From: a virus
Taxonomy: Duplodnaviria > Heunggongvirae > Uroviricota > Caudoviricetes
DNA length: 64,000 nt
Direction: 5' to 3' (one strand)
IMG/VR virus record: IMGVR_UViG_2648501802_000002
A program made the position numbers and the translations under genes. Of the stretch, positions 52,871 through 64,000 are shown piece after piece; the first letter of the stretch is position 1, and the number at the start of each line of letters is the position of its first letter. Below the pieces are notes generated by a model, which was given only the letters and a program-made list of their open reading frames with translations, was not told where the DNA came from and made no database searches.

Positions 52871-54429
52871 TTCTGCACCTCGCAGCCTTCAATTTCAGCC
52901 ACAATCGCATCAATATCTTTACGCAACTGGTCGATTTTGCTGACCGTGGTTTTCAGCTCAGCATTTAGCTCAGCAATATCGATAGTTTCGCGGTTATCTT
53001 TCACTTCTACATAGCTGCTCACTGACAGGTTATAGTCATTCGCGACAACGGCCTCAAACGCGACAGATTTTGCCAGATGGGCAACATCTTCCTTGCTGGA
53101 AAATACCTGCATAATTTTTTCGATATGGGCATCGGTCAGGATGTTGTTGTTAGTCTCTTTTTTGAACAGTTCGCTGGCGTCAATAAACTGAACTTTGGTA
53201 TCCGTTTTATGTTTAGACAGCACCAGAATATTTACGGCAATGGTGGTGCCAAAGAACAGGTTCGGTGCCAGTGAAATCACGGTTTCGACATAGTTATTGT
53301 CAACCAGATACTGACGGATTTTCTGCTCCGCTCCGCCACGGTAAAAAATGCCCGGGAAGCAGACAATCGCAGCACGACCTTTGGCAGAAAGATAGTTCAG
53401 CGCATGTAATACAAACGCAAAGTCAGCTTTGGATTTGGGGGCCAGAACGCCAGCCGGGGCAAAACGTTCATCGTTAATCAGCGTCGGGTCATCGCTGCCA
53501 ATCCATTTCACCGAATACGGCGGGTTAGAAACGATGGCATCAAACGGTTTTTCATCTCTGAAGTGCGGCTCAGTCAGTGTATTACCCAGCTTGATATCAA
53601 ACTTGTCGTAGTTGATGTTGTGCAAAAACATGTTCATACGCGCCAGGTTATAGGTCGTATGGTTGATCTCCTGACCAAAAAAGCCTTCTTCGATGATATG
53701 GTCATCAAACTGTTTTTTAGCCTGCAACAACAGCGAACCGGAACCTGCTGCCGGGTCGTAGATTTTGTTAACGTGGGTCTGGCCGTGCATTGCCAGTTGT
53801 GCAATCAGCTTAGAGACGTGCTGCGGTGTAAAGAACTCGCCGCCGGACTTACCGGCATTCGCCGCATAGTTAGAAATCAGGAACTCATAGGCATCACCGA
53901 ACAGGTCAATCTGATGTTCGTTGAAGTCACCAAGGTTTAACCCTTCAACCCCTTTCAGAACCGCAGCCAGGCGGGCATTTTTATCCTTAACGGTGTTACC
54001 CAGGCGGTTACTGGTGGTATCGAAATCAGCAAACAAACCTTTGATGTCAGCTTCTGAAGGATAACCGTAAGCAGAACTTTCGATAGCAACGAAGATGCTG
54101 TTTAAATCTGCATTCAGTCTGTCATTGGTATTTGCTTTCGCCGCTACGTTGCAGAAAAGCTGACTTGGGTAGATGAAGTAGCCTTTGGTTTTGATGGCAT
54201 CGTCTTTAATGTCATCAGTAATTACGCTGTCATCCAGTTTCGCATAACAGATACTGCCATCACCGGCTTCAATATAGCTGGAAAAATTTTCGCTGATAAA
54301 ACGGTAGAAAAGTGCGCCCAGAACGTATTGCTTAAAATCCCATCCATCGACCGAACCCCTGACATCGTTAGCAATTTGCCAGATTTGACGATGAAGCTCT
54401 GCACGTTGTTGAATACTTGTCATTTTCAT
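52867..54429 (-). CDS. hsdM: Type I N6-adenine DNA methyltransferase subunit (HsdM)
   Basis: Motif I, NPPY ([11 protein letters not shown]); ATGA overlap with hsdS. Confidence 0.9.
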
Positions 54430-54569
54430 CCACTTATTTCAGGCTTATGTAATTGGATGTGATTCTACAACAACTTGGTGGCTTTAACAGTTCGGACATT
54501 AGGCTATGAATGACCTGCCTAGAGTTTTGTTAAGCCGCAAAGTGCTGGCGCTTTATGCCTGTGAAGTTT

Positions 54570-54597
54570 ATAATTGTGTACACATAACGAGTACACG
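54570..54597 (+). promoter_or_regulatory. phd-doc promoter/operator with palindromic Phd sites
   Basis: tgtgtacaca palindrome and gagtacacg half-site just upstream of phd. Confidence 0.6.
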
Positions 54598-54605
54598 AGG
54601 TGTTT

Positions 54606-54827
54606 ATGCAATCCATTAACTTCCGTACCGCGCGCGGCAACCTTTCTGAAGTGCTCAACAATGTTGAGGCCGGGGAAGAGGTTGAAATCACCCGCAGAGG
54701 CCGTGAGCCAGCAGTAATTGTCAGCAAGGCTACTTTCGAAGCCTACAAAAAAGCGGCGCTGGATGCTGAATTTGCATCCCTGTTTGACACCCTGGACTCC
54801 ACCAACAAGGAACTGGTTAACCGATAA
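54606..54827 (+). CDS. phd: Antitoxin Phd
   Basis: 73 aa matching P1 Phd ([32 protein letters not shown]...). Confidence 0.9.
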
Positions 54828-55207
54828 TGAGGCATATATCACCGGAAGAACTTATTGCGCTTCATGATGCGAATATAAGCCGCTACGGCGGCCTGCCTGG
54901 CATGTCAGATCCGGGCAGGGCAGAGGCCATTATCGGGAGAGTTCAGGCCAGAGTTGCCTACGAAGAGATCACCGACCTTTTCGAAGTCTCCGCCACCTAC
55001 CTGGTGGCTACAGCGAGAGGGCATATATTCAATGATGCCAATAAGCGTACCGCGCTAAACAGTGCGCTGCTATTTCTACGCCGTAACGGGGTGCAGGTAT
55101 TTGATTCACCTGAACTGGCAGACCTTACCGTAGGCGCTGCGACTGGCGAGATATCTGTATCTTCTGTCGCCGACTCGTTACGTAGATTGTATGGTTCTGC
55201 GGAGTAG
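54827..55207 (+). CDS. doc: Toxin Doc (Fic-fold kinase)
   Basis: 126 aa matching P1 Doc; TAATG overlap with phd. Confidence 0.9.
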
Positions 55208-55211
55208 ATTA

Positions 55212-55391
55212 ATGGCACGCAAATACGACAAATTGTCCCGTGAAGCGTTAAAGATGCTTCTTGATGGCGTGAGTCGCCGCAAGGTAAAGCAATACCTGGT
55301 TGGTAAGCAAATTGGAGTCAGGACCGCTATTGCTGTGTTATGCCGTCAGGAAATGGTTGTGCTTAAACAGAGAATGCCGGGCAGCAGATAA
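55212..55391 (+). CDS. Small basic protein after doc (P1 PdcA-like position)
   Basis: ATG 55212 with GGAG RBS. Confidence 0.4.
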   Translation: MARKYDKLSREALKMLLDGVSRRKVKQYLVGKQIGVRTAIAVLCRQEMVVLKQRMPGSR

Positions 55392-55418
55392 AGCCCAATC
55401 AGTGATTAAAGGTGTGAT

Positions 55419-56462
55419 GTGAAAGCCATAATTACTCCCTTTGTACAGAAAGAGCTTGGCCTCGCCACGTTCAAAGTGGATCAGGAGGTCAGAAAGCTGG
55501 TGGAGGCTGGCCGTAAATTTATTATGGAGCCGGTGCCGCGTGAGTTAATCGAGCACATGGAAGACGGCCTCGTTGTTACTGAGCAAACCATGGCAACAAA
55601 TGAGGCGTTGCAGCCGTTTTTTAACAGCGATGAACTGTTTCGCCGTATTGGTGGAATTGACGCGCTGGTTGCGTGGTTGCGTAGGAAAGAGGGTCAATGC
55701 CAGGCCGCAGATCGTAGTTGGTGTGACAACCATATTGTCCACGCTGAACGAGACAATAGCGCGGTGTTGTTGTGCTGGCATCACGATAACCATTACCGGA
55801 TGCGTGGTTTTAATGAGCTGAAAGAAACGCTGCACAATAATCGCGTTAACTGGATACTGGATGTCGCCCGTCAGGAAATGGGCCTTTCAAATAGCCATGA
55901 TTTAAGTATTCAGGAGCTGTGCTGGTGGGCTTTCATGCGCAACATGATGCACCTGATGCCGGAAGAAGTCTGCCGCATATCAATAAATAAGATGAAGGCT
56001 ACTCCGCAGGATAGTGGACCTCTGAAAGAGGCGGATATTCGCCCGTATGACGATCGCGCTACAGCATATGTTCAGATGATGGAAGAACGCGCCGCGCCGA
56101 TGCGTGCAAAAGTATGCCCTGTGGATGTTGACTCCGACCCTAGCATGGCGCATTTCAAAATACCAAAACTTCAATCGCTAAAATTGCCTGAGTACATGGA
56201 TTTTGTGGCTTCCCGTCCATGCTGTGGCTGTGGAGCTGCGGGAGCTGGCGCTCACATTACGCCTTATATCGTTCGTCATAGTCGATTATGCGCGCATGAC
56301 ATTTATGCTATTCCTCTGTGCCAGTCATGCCAGCGTGATATTGAGCGTGACCGCGATAATTGGGAGAAGACGCACGGTAGGCTGGCGATGCATCAACGAT
56401 TGTTCTTTGATTACGCGCTTGGAGTCGGCGCTATCACAAGTCATTCGTCGAGCGTTAGATAA
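55419..56462 (+). CDS. Cys/His-rich hypothetical protein (P1 PdcB-like position)
   Basis: 347 aa with clusters CWHHDNH and CCGCG...CQSCQ. Confidence 0.5.
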   Translation: MKAIITPFVQKELGLATFKVDQEVRKLVEAGRKFIMEPVPRELIEHMEDGLVVTEQTMATNEALQPFFNSDELFRRIGGIDALVAWLRRKEGQCQAADRSWCDNHIVHAERDNSAVLLCWHHDNHYRMRGFNELKETLHNNRVNWILDVARQEMGLSNSHDLSIQELCWWAFMRNMMHLMPEEVCRISINKMKATPQDSGPLKEADIRPYDDRATAYVQMMEERAAPMRAKVCPVDVDSDPSMAHFKIPKLQSLKLPEYMDFVASRPCCGCGAAGAGAHITPYIVRHSRLCAHDIYAIPLCQSCQRDIERDRDNWEKTHGRLAMHQRLFFDYALGVGAITSHSSSVR

Positions 56463-56463
56463 A

Positions 56464-56480
56464 ATTGCTCTAATGCATTG
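56464..56480 (+). promoter_or_regulatory. C1 operator-like site upstream of lpa
   Basis: attgctctaatgcattg, 13/17. Confidence 0.45.
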
Positions 56481-56550
56481 CTATTTCTTTAATCGATGGT
56501 ATTATATTCGACGTTGATTAGTTGACATGGGCTAATCAGTAGGTGACAGG

Positions 56551-57003
56551 ATGTTACTTAACTGGCAGGGACGCCACTTCATGGAAATAAATCACTCACG
56601 AATAACATCGTACGAGATTGCGGATTACATGATCCGCACTAAATCTCTTCTATCAGCGAAAGAACTCGCAGCAATTCTTGAAAAGGAATACCCGCATCTG
56701 GATGTCGATAAGCGCGATGTTTATCTGCGCTTAAAGGCTATCGCTGTGTCTAAGTATTCGTCTGTTTTGATTGATGACAGTACACGCCCACGTAGATTTC
56801 AGATCCACTCTCTGAATCCTGAATTCTTTCGCCGCAGCCGCGCTCCGCGCCGGTTTGATGAAAAACTCCAGAACGAACTCTATATGACGCAGGACGAAAA
56901 GGAACGCCGGGAGCACCAGCCTTGGGTAATGGCGCGTCAACTTTTCAATAAGGTGGCCCGTCAGCACCGTCATTACGGTAATGCCACATCCGCACGTATC
57001 TGA
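56551..57003 (+). CDS. lpa: Late promoter activator Lpa-like protein
   Basis: 150-aa ORF directly upstream of pacA-pacB as in P1. Confidence 0.5.
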   Translation: MLLNWQGRHFMEINHSRITSYEIADYMIRTKSLLSAKELAAILEKEYPHLDVDKRDVYLRLKAIAVSKYSSVLIDDSTRPRRFQIHSLNPEFFRRSRAPRRFDEKLQNELYMTQDEKERREHQPWVMARQLFNKVARQHRHYGNATSARI

Positions 57004-57088
57004 TTGATTGCTTGCCCGTTCCGGGCCTTTTGACATGTGACTTTCGTTACCCTCGCGTCAAAAAGAGTTTTTACGAAAGGAAGCATAA

Positions 57089-58282
57089 GTGACCTGGGAC
57101 GATCACAAGAAGAATTTTGCTCGCCTGGCGCGAGATGGTGGTTACACCATCGCACAGTATGCCGCCGAGTTTAATCTTAACCCTAATACCGCACGTCGTT
57201 ATCTCCGTGCCTTCAAAGAAGACACCAGGACTGCGGACAGCCGCAAGCCAAATAAGCCAGTCAGGAAGCCACTAAAAGGCATGATCATTGATCACTCTAA
57301 TGATCAACATGCAGGTGATCATATTGCGGCTGAAATAGCGGAAAAACAGAGAGTTAATGCCGTTGTCAGTGCCGCAGTCGAGAATGCGAAGCGCCAAAAT
57401 AAGCGCATAAATGATCGTTCAGATGATCATGACGTGATCACCCGCGCCCACCGGACCTTACGTGATCGCCTGGAACGCGACACCCTGGATGATGATGGTG
57501 AACGCTTTGAATTCGAAGCTGGCGATTACCTGATAGATAACGTTGAAGCGCGGAAGGCCGCGCGCGCTATGTTGCGTCGGTCCGGGGCCGATGTTCTGGA
57601 AACCACTCTTCTTGAAAAGTCTCTTTCTCATCTCCTTATGCTGGAGAACGCCAGGGATACGTGTATTCGTCTGGTGCAGGAAATGCGCGATCAGCAAAAA
57701 GACGATGATGAAGGGACTCCGCCTGAATATCGTATCGCGAGCATGCTAAACAGCTGTTCCGCGCAGATAAGCAGCCTGATCAACACCATTTACAGCATCC
57801 GGAATAACTATCGAAAAGAAAGCCGGGAGGCGGAAAAGCACGCTTTATCTATGGGGCAAGCTGGCATTGTTAAGCTGGCATACGAACGAAAGCGTGAAAA
57901 TAACTGGTCAGTGCTGGAAGCAGCTGAATTCATCGAGGCGCATGGCGGAAAAGTGCCGCCCCTGATGCTGGAGCAAATCAAAGCCGATCTGCGTGCTCCT
58001 AAGACCAATACCGATGATGAGGAAAGGCAAACAGCCGTCGGTGGCCCTTCTCTTGAAGATCTGGACAAAGTTGCGCGAGAACGGGCTGCCAACCGCCGCG
58101 CCGATGCCGCATTGTGGATTGAGCAGCGTAGGGAAGAAATCGCCGATATCGTTGATACAGGCGGTTATGGAGATGTTGATACTGAAGGTGTATCAAACGA
58201 CCCATGGCTGGAACAAGACCTGGACGAAGACGAGGAGGAAGACGAAGAAGTTACCCGCAAGCTATACGGGGATGATGATTAA
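57089..58282 (+). CDS. pacA: Terminase small subunit PacA
   Basis: 397 aa matching P1 PacA; GTG start with GAAAGGAAG RBS. Confidence 0.85.
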   Translation: MTWDDHKKNFARLARDGGYTIAQYAAEFNLNPNTARRYLRAFKEDTRTADSRKPNKPVRKPLKGMIIDHSNDQHAGDHIAAEIAEKQRVNAVVSAAVENAKRQNKRINDRSDDHDVITRAHRTLRDRLERDTLDDDGERFEFEAGDYLIDNVEARKAARAMLRRSGADVLETTLLEKSLSHLLMLENARDTCIRLVQEMRDQQKDDDEGTPPEYRIASMLNSCSAQISSLINTIYSIRNNYRKESREAEKHALSMGQAGIVKLAYERKRENNWSVLEAAEFIEAHGGKVPPLMLEQIKADLRAPKTNTDDEERQTAVGGPSLEDLDKVARERAANRRADAALWIEQRREEIADIVDTGGYGDVDTEGVSNDPWLEQDLDEDEEEDEEVTRKLYGDDD

Positions 58283-59766
58283 TGGCCAGAAGTTGCGTAA
58301 CGGATCCACGTTGGCGCGAGCTGGTGGCGCTATATCGTTATGACTGGATTGCTGCCGCTGATGTTTTGTTCGGCAAAACACCTACCTGGCAGCAGGATCT
58401 GATTATTGAGTCTGTGCAGGAACAGGGTAGCAAGACATCTGTTTCGTCTGGTCACGGTACCGGGAAATCAGACATGACTTCTATCATGATCATGTTGTTC
58501 ATAATCATGTATCCCGGTGCCCGCGCCATTATCGTTGCGAACAAAATTCAGCAGGTAATGACCGGTATATTCAAGTACATCAAGATAAACTGGGCTACTG
58601 CCACCAGCCGTTTTCCATGGCTTGCTGATTATTTTGTTCTGACAGAAACCGCTTTCTATGAGGTTACTGGTAAAGGTGTATGGACTGTAGTACCGAAGGG
58701 CTTTCGTCTGGGAAGTGAAGAAGCTCTCGCCGGTGAACACGCAGATCATCTTCTGTATATTATCGATGAAGCCTCCGGTGTCAGTGATAGAGCTTTCGGT
58801 ATCATCACTGGTGCTCTTACCGGACAGGATAACCGCATCTTATTACTGTCACAGCCTACACGCCCAAGCGGCTATTTCTACGATACTCACCATAAACTGG
58901 CCAAGCGTCCTGGTAACCCTGATGGCGTTTATACGGCGATCACGCTTAACAGTGAGGAATCACCGCTGGTAACGCCAGCATTTATCAAAATGAAGCTGGC
59001 GGAGTACGGCGGGCGTGATAACCCTATGTACATGATTAAGGTACGCGGACTATTCCCTAAATCACAGGATGGCTTCCTTCTTGGACGTGATGAGGTTGAA
59101 CGTGCGACGCGGCGGAAAGTCAAGATTGCCAAAGGATGGGGCTGGCTTGCATGTGTGGACGTTGCTGGTGGTACAGGACGGGATAAGTCCGTTATCAATA
59201 TCATGATGGTGTCCGGCCAGCGAAATAAACGCCGTGTAATCAACTATCGAATGCTGGAATACACAGACGTTACAGAAACGCAGCTTGCCGCCAAAATTTT
59301 CGCAGAATGTAATCCTGAGCGATTCCCAAATATCACCATAGCGATAGACGGCGATGGGCTGGGTAAAGCAACGGCGGATCTGATGTACGAGTATTATGGT
59401 ATTACCGTACAGCGCATACGCTGGGGTAAAAAGATGCATAGCCGTGAAGATAAGAGCCTGTACTTTGATAAACGTGCTTATGCCAACGTTCAAGCCGCAG
59501 AGGCCGTAAAATCTGGTCGTATGAGACTGGATAAGGGTAATGAAACTATTGAGGAAGCGTCGAAAATCCCTGTAGGGATTAACTCCGCAGGTCAATGGAA
59601 GGTGATGAGTAAGGAGGATATGAAGAAAAAACTCAACCTGCACTCACCAGACCATTGGGATACATATTGTTTCGCTATGCTGGCGGATTATGTTCCCCAG
59701 GACGAAGTGCTTAGCGTCGAAGACGAAGCGCAGGTTGATGAAGCTCTGGCATGGCTTAATGAATGA
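58282..59766 (+). CDS. pacB: Terminase large subunit PacB
   Basis: 494 aa; Walker A-like [10 protein letters not shown]; overlaps pacA stop. Confidence 0.9.
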   Translation: MARSCVTDPRWRELVALYRYDWIAAADVLFGKTPTWQQDLIIESVQEQGSKTSVSSGHGTGKSDMTSIMIMLFIIMYPGARAIIVANKIQQVMTGIFKYIKINWATATSRFPWLADYFVLTETAFYEVTGKGVWTVVPKGFRLGSEEALAGEHADHLLYIIDEASGVSDRAFGIITGALTGQDNRILLLSQPTRPSGYFYDTHHKLAKRPGNPDGVYTAITLNSEESPLVTPAFIKMKLAEYGGRDNPMYMIKVRGLFPKSQDGFLLGRDEVERATRRKVKIAKGWGWLACVDVAGGTGRDKSVINIMMVSGQRNKRRVINYRMLEYTDVTETQLAAKIFAECNPERFPNITIAIDGDGLGKATADLMYEYYGITVQRIRWGKKMHSREDKSLYFDKRAYANVQAAEAVKSGRMRLDKGNETIEEASKIPVGINSAGQWKVMSKEDMKKKLNLHSPDHWDTYCFAMLADYVPQDEVLSVEDEAQVDEALAWLNE

Positions 59767-59769
59767 ATA

Positions 59770-59786
59770 CTTGCTCTAATAAATTG
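59770..59786 (+). promoter_or_regulatory. C1 operator-like site after pacB
   Basis: cttgctctaataaattg, 15/17. Confidence 0.5.
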
Positions 59787-59917
59787 TGTTTTTTAACTGC
59801 CGATGTTACATTGAGCCTGACCTCTTGCGCCTTGAGGCATTTTCGGTTTATGCTTATCAGGCACCTCAGTAAAACGGGTGCCGGGATTGAGACCCCGGAT
59901 AATGCAAAAGGCGACAC

Positions 59918-59941
59918 AGACGCCAAAAGCGTCTTTTTTTG
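59918..59941 (+). terminator. Rho-independent terminator after pacB
   Basis: agacgc-caaaa-gcgtct hairpin plus T7. Confidence 0.7.
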
Positions 59942-59974
59942 TGTCATGCCATCGCACAGCCATACGTAGCGTTT

Positions 59975-60075
59975 AGCTCAGAGATCAATGGTAGTGCTGG
60001 CTGGGCTGCCGAAAGGCAGGCCGGTTCCCTTTTGCGCCGGTAGTCTCAACCCAGTCAGTGCTACCGCCATTGAGA
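59975..60075 (+). ncRNA. Possible second c4-type antisense RNA (divergent sequence)
   Basis: Long-range pairing 59985-59999 with 60055-60071; caatgg complementary to ccattg at the icd-2 RBS. Confidence 0.3.
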
Positions 60076-60125
60076 TTGAGACCTCACGCGGTAGCTCCTT
60101 AAATTAGCAAAAGGAGGCTGCCATT

Positions 60126-60347
60126 GTGGCTACTATCCCTACCCCAGCTCATCCTGAATTTATCTGGCGCTTTTACTCCTGCCAAAAACGTCACTATCAC
60201 TTCGTTATTGCACCGACAGAAGATGAGGCACGTTCTCAGCTTCCGGATGCTCCCTGTATTTTCTCTGCCCGCTTTTCTACCGATTCGCGCAATTCTCTCA
60301 GTTACTGGTGCCTCCCTGTTAACGCTTCTGCTCAGGAGGGACTATGA
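60126..60347 (+). CDS. icd: Icd-like small protein, copy 2
   Basis: 73 aa, paralogue of 9641..9862; GTG start after AAAGGAGG. Confidence 0.5.
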   Translation: MATIPTPAHPEFIWRFYSCQKRHYHFVIAPTEDEARSQLPDAPCIFSARFSTDSRNSLSYWCLPVNASAQEGL

Positions 60348-61446
60348 GAACGTCATTAGTCACCCGTGAAGAGATGATCGAGGCAATTGAACAGCACACT
60401 GCCTGTATCAGTACCAGGGATATACCGGGCGTTATTGCCAACTACTTCATGATCACCAAACAACTTTACCGGAGAAAGGACAAATACGCGGTTCACCGCA
60501 TTCTGCTAACCGATATCCGTGAATACCTGCTCGAACAGGGTCATCTGAATTACGCAACCGTCGCAGCCGAAGCACGCAAGGAGGCACACAGAATGAAAGC
60601 AACTAACGTTAAATCAGAAAAAATTTATGCACCTTCAGTTCAGGAATCGGAACTGGTGGTTGTTCAGAATCAGCCGGATGAAATTCCCGTTCTGGAATGG
60701 CAGGGAGTACGTGTCGTGACAACCGAAACTCTTGCTAGAGGGTATGGTGTCGATGAAGCCAATATTCGCAACAATTTGTCTCGCAACCTTGACCGCTTTG
60801 AAGAAGGTAAGCATTACTTTCTTCTAACTGGTTTAAAATTAAGAGAATTTAAGAACAGAGTAACCGGAAGTTACTCTGTTGGTAAGAACGCCAGAAGCCT
60901 TACACTCTGGACAGAGCGCGGCGCTGCACGCATGTCTAAGATCGTGGACACAAATGAAGCATGGGCATTCTTTGAAAAACTGGAAGACAGCTACTTCCGG
61001 CAAAAAGAACAGCAACCGGTTGCAATCCCCCAGACGCTTCCAGAAGCTCTGCGCCTGGCTGCCGAACTGGCTGAACAAAAGAACAGAAAGCCCACCAGCT
61101 AAATCAGCAGCTGGTGGCCGCCGCTCCTAAAGTCGATTTTGCCGACCGGGTATCAGTAGCTAAAGGGATCCTGATTGGGAATTTTGCAAAGGTTGTTGGA
61201 CTTAAGCAAAACGCGCTGTTTGCCTGGTTACGGGAGAACGGCATCCTGATAGCGTCCGGTGGACGTAAAAATGTGCCGTTCCAGCAGTACATCAATGCGG
61301 GGTATTTCACGGTGAAAGAAGTGGTGCTGGATGATGAAGATGGCTACCAGATACGGTTGACGCCTCAATTAACGGGTAAAGGCCAGCAGTGGTTGACGCG
61401 TAAACTGCTCGATGCTGGCTTGTTAAAACCGGTGGCGGCTGAATAA
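60344..61446 (+). pseudogene. ant: Antirepressor copy 2, split by a frameshifting indel between ORF6N and KilA-C parts
   Basis: ORFs 60344..61102 and 61114..61446; net +11 nt palindromic segment at about 61085-61115 relative to copy 1. Confidence 0.55.
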
Positions 61447-61478
61447 TGGAAGAATGCCCGGTTGATGCCGGGCATAAT

Positions 61479-62330
61479 TTATTGCGCGCTTTCGGGGTTG
61501 TCGTTTACTGGCTGCCCCTTCTTGGTTTTACGGCTGCGCGTAACTGATGCGGCTGACTTAACCTTTTTCTCTTCGCGAGTGATGGCAATTTGTTTTTTTA
61601 CATTTTCAATATCTGCCAGGCGATATATTTTTGCTTGCGGCCAGCGGTCGCAGATGATCGGTTCTATAGAGTCATAAAGGCTAAATTTTGCTTTCTCGAA
61701 TTCACCGTTGATGATGATTCCATCACGGAGAGTTTCATCGCAGATAAACACGCCACACAGCGGTACATGGTAACTAACTGATTTACCATCATTGTAGTTA
61801 GGGCTACTGGAGATGTAGTGGACGCGCAGCATTGTTTCGCTAAAGCCGTGTACACGCATACGGAATTTTTCATCCTCCGGGTACTGCCTCATTAGCTCTT
61901 TTGTTGCTTCCAGGTTCTCTATGTATTTCGCACTGTGCTCATTGATCCCCGCGCTTTTTTGGATGCGAATGTCCTTATCAATCAGATGAATAATGCGGCC
62001 AGCGGTCATGTTGACGCTGTTCACAGCTTCTGTCTGATAAGTTGTAACCTTGCGCACACCGCGAAGGATGTTAGGCACTGGATATAAAATAGTCTTTGGG
62101 ATATTGAGGTCTGGGTACTGTTCCAGTTCCCGCGCCATTAAAGTCCATTTATCAATTTCAGCCTGAATGCTGTCAGTTTCTTTGAACGGTAGAACGACAA
62201 CCGGGCGTACAGGACGACCGTCGCTGGCTGTATCAACGTGTTGGGCGCGTGCAACAGCTTTTTTTAGAAAGAGATCCCTGAAGCTGACGAACTCCTGGTA
62301 CAGTTGTTCGCCGTAGACATAATTTATCAT
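61479..62330 (-). CDS. c1: C1 repressor
   Basis: 283 aa matching P1 C1 (MINYVYGEQLYQEFVSFRDLFLKKAVARAQ...). Confidence 0.9.
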   Translation of the reverse strand: MINYVYGEQLYQEFVSFRDLFLKKAVARAQHVDTASDGRPVRPVVVLPFKETDSIQAEIDKWTLMARELEQYPDLNIPKTILYPVPNILRGVRKVTTYQTEAVNSVNMTAGRIIHLIDKDIRIQKSAGINEHSAKYIENLEATKELMRQYPEDEKFRMRVHGFSETMLRVHYISSSPNYNDGKSVSYHVPLCGVFICDETLRDGIIINGEFEKAKFSLYDSIEPIICDRWPQAKIYRLADIENVKKQIAITREEKKVKSAASVTRSRKTKKGQPVNDNPESAQ

Positions 62331-62424
62331 TGATCCTCCTCCAGAATTGACATGGTCAATAACGCCCGGCTGAGAAAACCGGTCATTACTGACCTATATT
62401 ATAGAGGGATCAAACAAAAATAAT

Positions 62425-62441
62425 AGATTTATTAGTGCATT
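62425..62441 (-). promoter_or_regulatory. C1 operator-like site between coi and c1
   Basis: Reverse complement aatgcactaataaatct, 14/17. Confidence 0.4.
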
Positions 62442-62650
62442 TATTGTGAGTCCAACTGGTTAGTTGCCATGAGATATTCGATTGTGTCAGTGAGGTCATC
62501 CAGGTCGTCTTGGGTGATGCGGTACTCCTGATTGGATATCTTTGAGTAGTGTTCAGCAATGGCGCGGGCAGCGTCGGTTTCGGCAGGGTCTACAGATAAA
62601 GCGTTAGAGCAATGTCTAACGTCGTCGATGGTTGGTTGAATGAAAGCCAT
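62441..62650 (-). CDS. coi: C1 inactivator Coi
   Basis: 69-aa ORF immediately upstream of c1 on the same strand. Confidence 0.75.
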   Translation of the reverse strand: MAFIQPTIDDVRHCSNALSVDPAETDAARAIAEHYSKISNQEYRITQDDLDDLTDTIEYLMATNQLDSQ

Positions 62651-62888
62651 AATTATGCCTCACTGTATTGACAACACAGAGCCTGAAGCTCTGACCTACT
62701 GTTTCACCCATGATCCATGCTGGGGTAATCTAACAACATTGCGCTGTGTGTAAGATGAGCAATGCATAGCTGTAATGCCGTTGTATAAGGTTTCCCTGTT
62801 TGCTCATTTCCTTCTGAGCCGCTCTACAACGCTGAAGACACATTAAATAGTGAATCCAAAGTCGTATTACGAAACGGCGGCAAAACTA

Positions 62889-62905
62889 TAATTTATTAGA
62901 GCAAT
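62889..62905 (-). promoter_or_regulatory. C1 operator upstream of coi-c1
   Basis: Reverse complement attgctctaataaatta, 16/17. Confidence 0.6.
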
Positions 62906-62959
62906 TGTCAAACAACTATGAAAAACAATCCAGTTTTTGTTTGATATTTATGGTGACAT

Positions 62960-63271
62960 ATGAGAAAGGATTTCAACATCGACGGAAAATATGTAGTGCT
63001 GTCTGTAAGCACTAATATTCAGTCGCCAGCCGTCATTGTCACTGTAAAGCTGAGCGATAGAATGCCTGATATTGACTCAATATCCGTTGCGTTCCCTGTC
63101 AAAAGTATGCGTGGTGCTGAACATTTCGTGATGAATGCCACCGAGGAAGAAGCACGGCGCGGTTTTGCTAAAGTAGTGTCTGACTTTGGCGAACTCTTGG
63201 ATAAGGTTAACAATGTCCTTTCAATCAGTTCAGCAAGGTCCAAAGCGTTAACAGCTTCCATGATGAAATAA
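62960..63271 (+). CDS. Hypothetical immC-region protein, 103 aa
   Basis: ORF divergent from coi-c1. Confidence 0.4.
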   Translation: MRKDFNIDGKYVVLSVSTNIQSPAVIVTVKLSDRMPDIDSISVAFPVKSMRGAEHFVMNATEEEARRGFAKVVSDFGELLDKVNNVLSISSARSKALTASMMK

Positions 63272-63398
63272 AAAAAGCCTGGCAAGGAACCAGGCTGCAC
63301 AAAAGAGCGGGTTTGTGTTCCGCATCCAATCAATCAGAAAGGAGTATAGCACATAGATACTAAAGTGAAAAAATGTGACTGAAGATAAACAATATAAC

Positions 63399-63415
63399 AT
63401 TGCTCTAATTGATTG
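63399..63415 (+). promoter_or_regulatory. C1 operator-like site
   Basis: attgctctaattgattg, 13/17. Confidence 0.4.
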
Positions 63416-63619
63416 TTATAATTGAGCCGTGGCGTTAGTCAACTACGAAGACGTGGCCATTACCTACTTAACCAGTTCCGCCAGGGCAGCAGAGTAGGTT
63501 TCATCTCGGATGTACCATGCCTGCATGTTTTCCAGAGAAGCCCGCGAGGTTCCCGGACAGGACTCTGCCATTGCGATAGATTAAATGCAATAACCTAAAA
63601 GCGATAACGTGGTGGAAAA

Positions 63620-63984
63620 ATGTTCATCAGAGCTTATTTAAGGGCATCAACGGAAGATCAGTTTGCCGATCGGGCAAAAGAGATGCTGGGGCAGTTTGTT
63701 CAGGAGCGGGGACATAAAATAGCCAGTTACTACCGGGAGAACATAAGCGGTACAAAACTCGACCGCCGGAACTGGGACGCTTACTGATGGACAGCCACCG
63801 CAATGATATTTTACTGGTCGAGCAAATTGACCGCCTGACCCGTCTGAGTAACAGTGACTGGATTACGCTGAAAAAGCAGATAGAACAACACGAACTGCGG
63901 ATTGTCGCCTGGATGTATCCACCTCATGGCAGGCGCTGTCAGATAAAGACCCTTCGCAGGCTGACCCAATCACCCGCGCCGTGA
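63620..63984 (+). pseudogene. Serine recombinase (resolvase-family) remnant with frameshift
   Basis: N-terminal FIRAYLRASTEDQ then, after a 1-nt frame change near 63756-63762 (ccgcc), LLVEQIDRLTR. Confidence 0.5.
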
Positions 63985-64000
63985 TAACCGCCATCAATAA

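Overview
Mosaic phage-derived window. About 1-9424 is a lambdoid prophage tail-fibre remnant on the minus strand (host-specificity protein J lacking its 5' end, lom, stf, a tail-fibre protein with a C-terminal intramolecular chaperone domain) next to a small serine recombinase. From about 9425 to the end the sequence is a P1-like phage-plasmid: immI (c4-like RNA, icd, ant), kilA-repL, tail sheath and other structural genes, parS-parB-parA, an iteron RepA replicon with oriR, rdgC homologue, dmt, a tRNA cluster, tci, ban, morphogenesis genes, a lambda-type phosphatase, a Type I hsdM-hsdS-hsdR system, phd-doc, lpa, pacA-pacB, a second disrupted immI copy, and c1-coi, with C1-operator-like 17-mers throughout. 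The strongest candidate for something new is a full-size intein with a LAGLIDADG homing endonuclease inserted into catalytic motif IV of the C5-methyltransferase domain of the bifunctional Dmt methyltransferase. Other points of interest are an extra type-II tRNA-like gene with paired hairpin elements around the tRNAs, a T5orf172-domain gene inside the plasmid maintenance core, and two genes interrupted at homopolymer tracts. All homology statements are from reading the translations and from memory of the named families; no database search was run.
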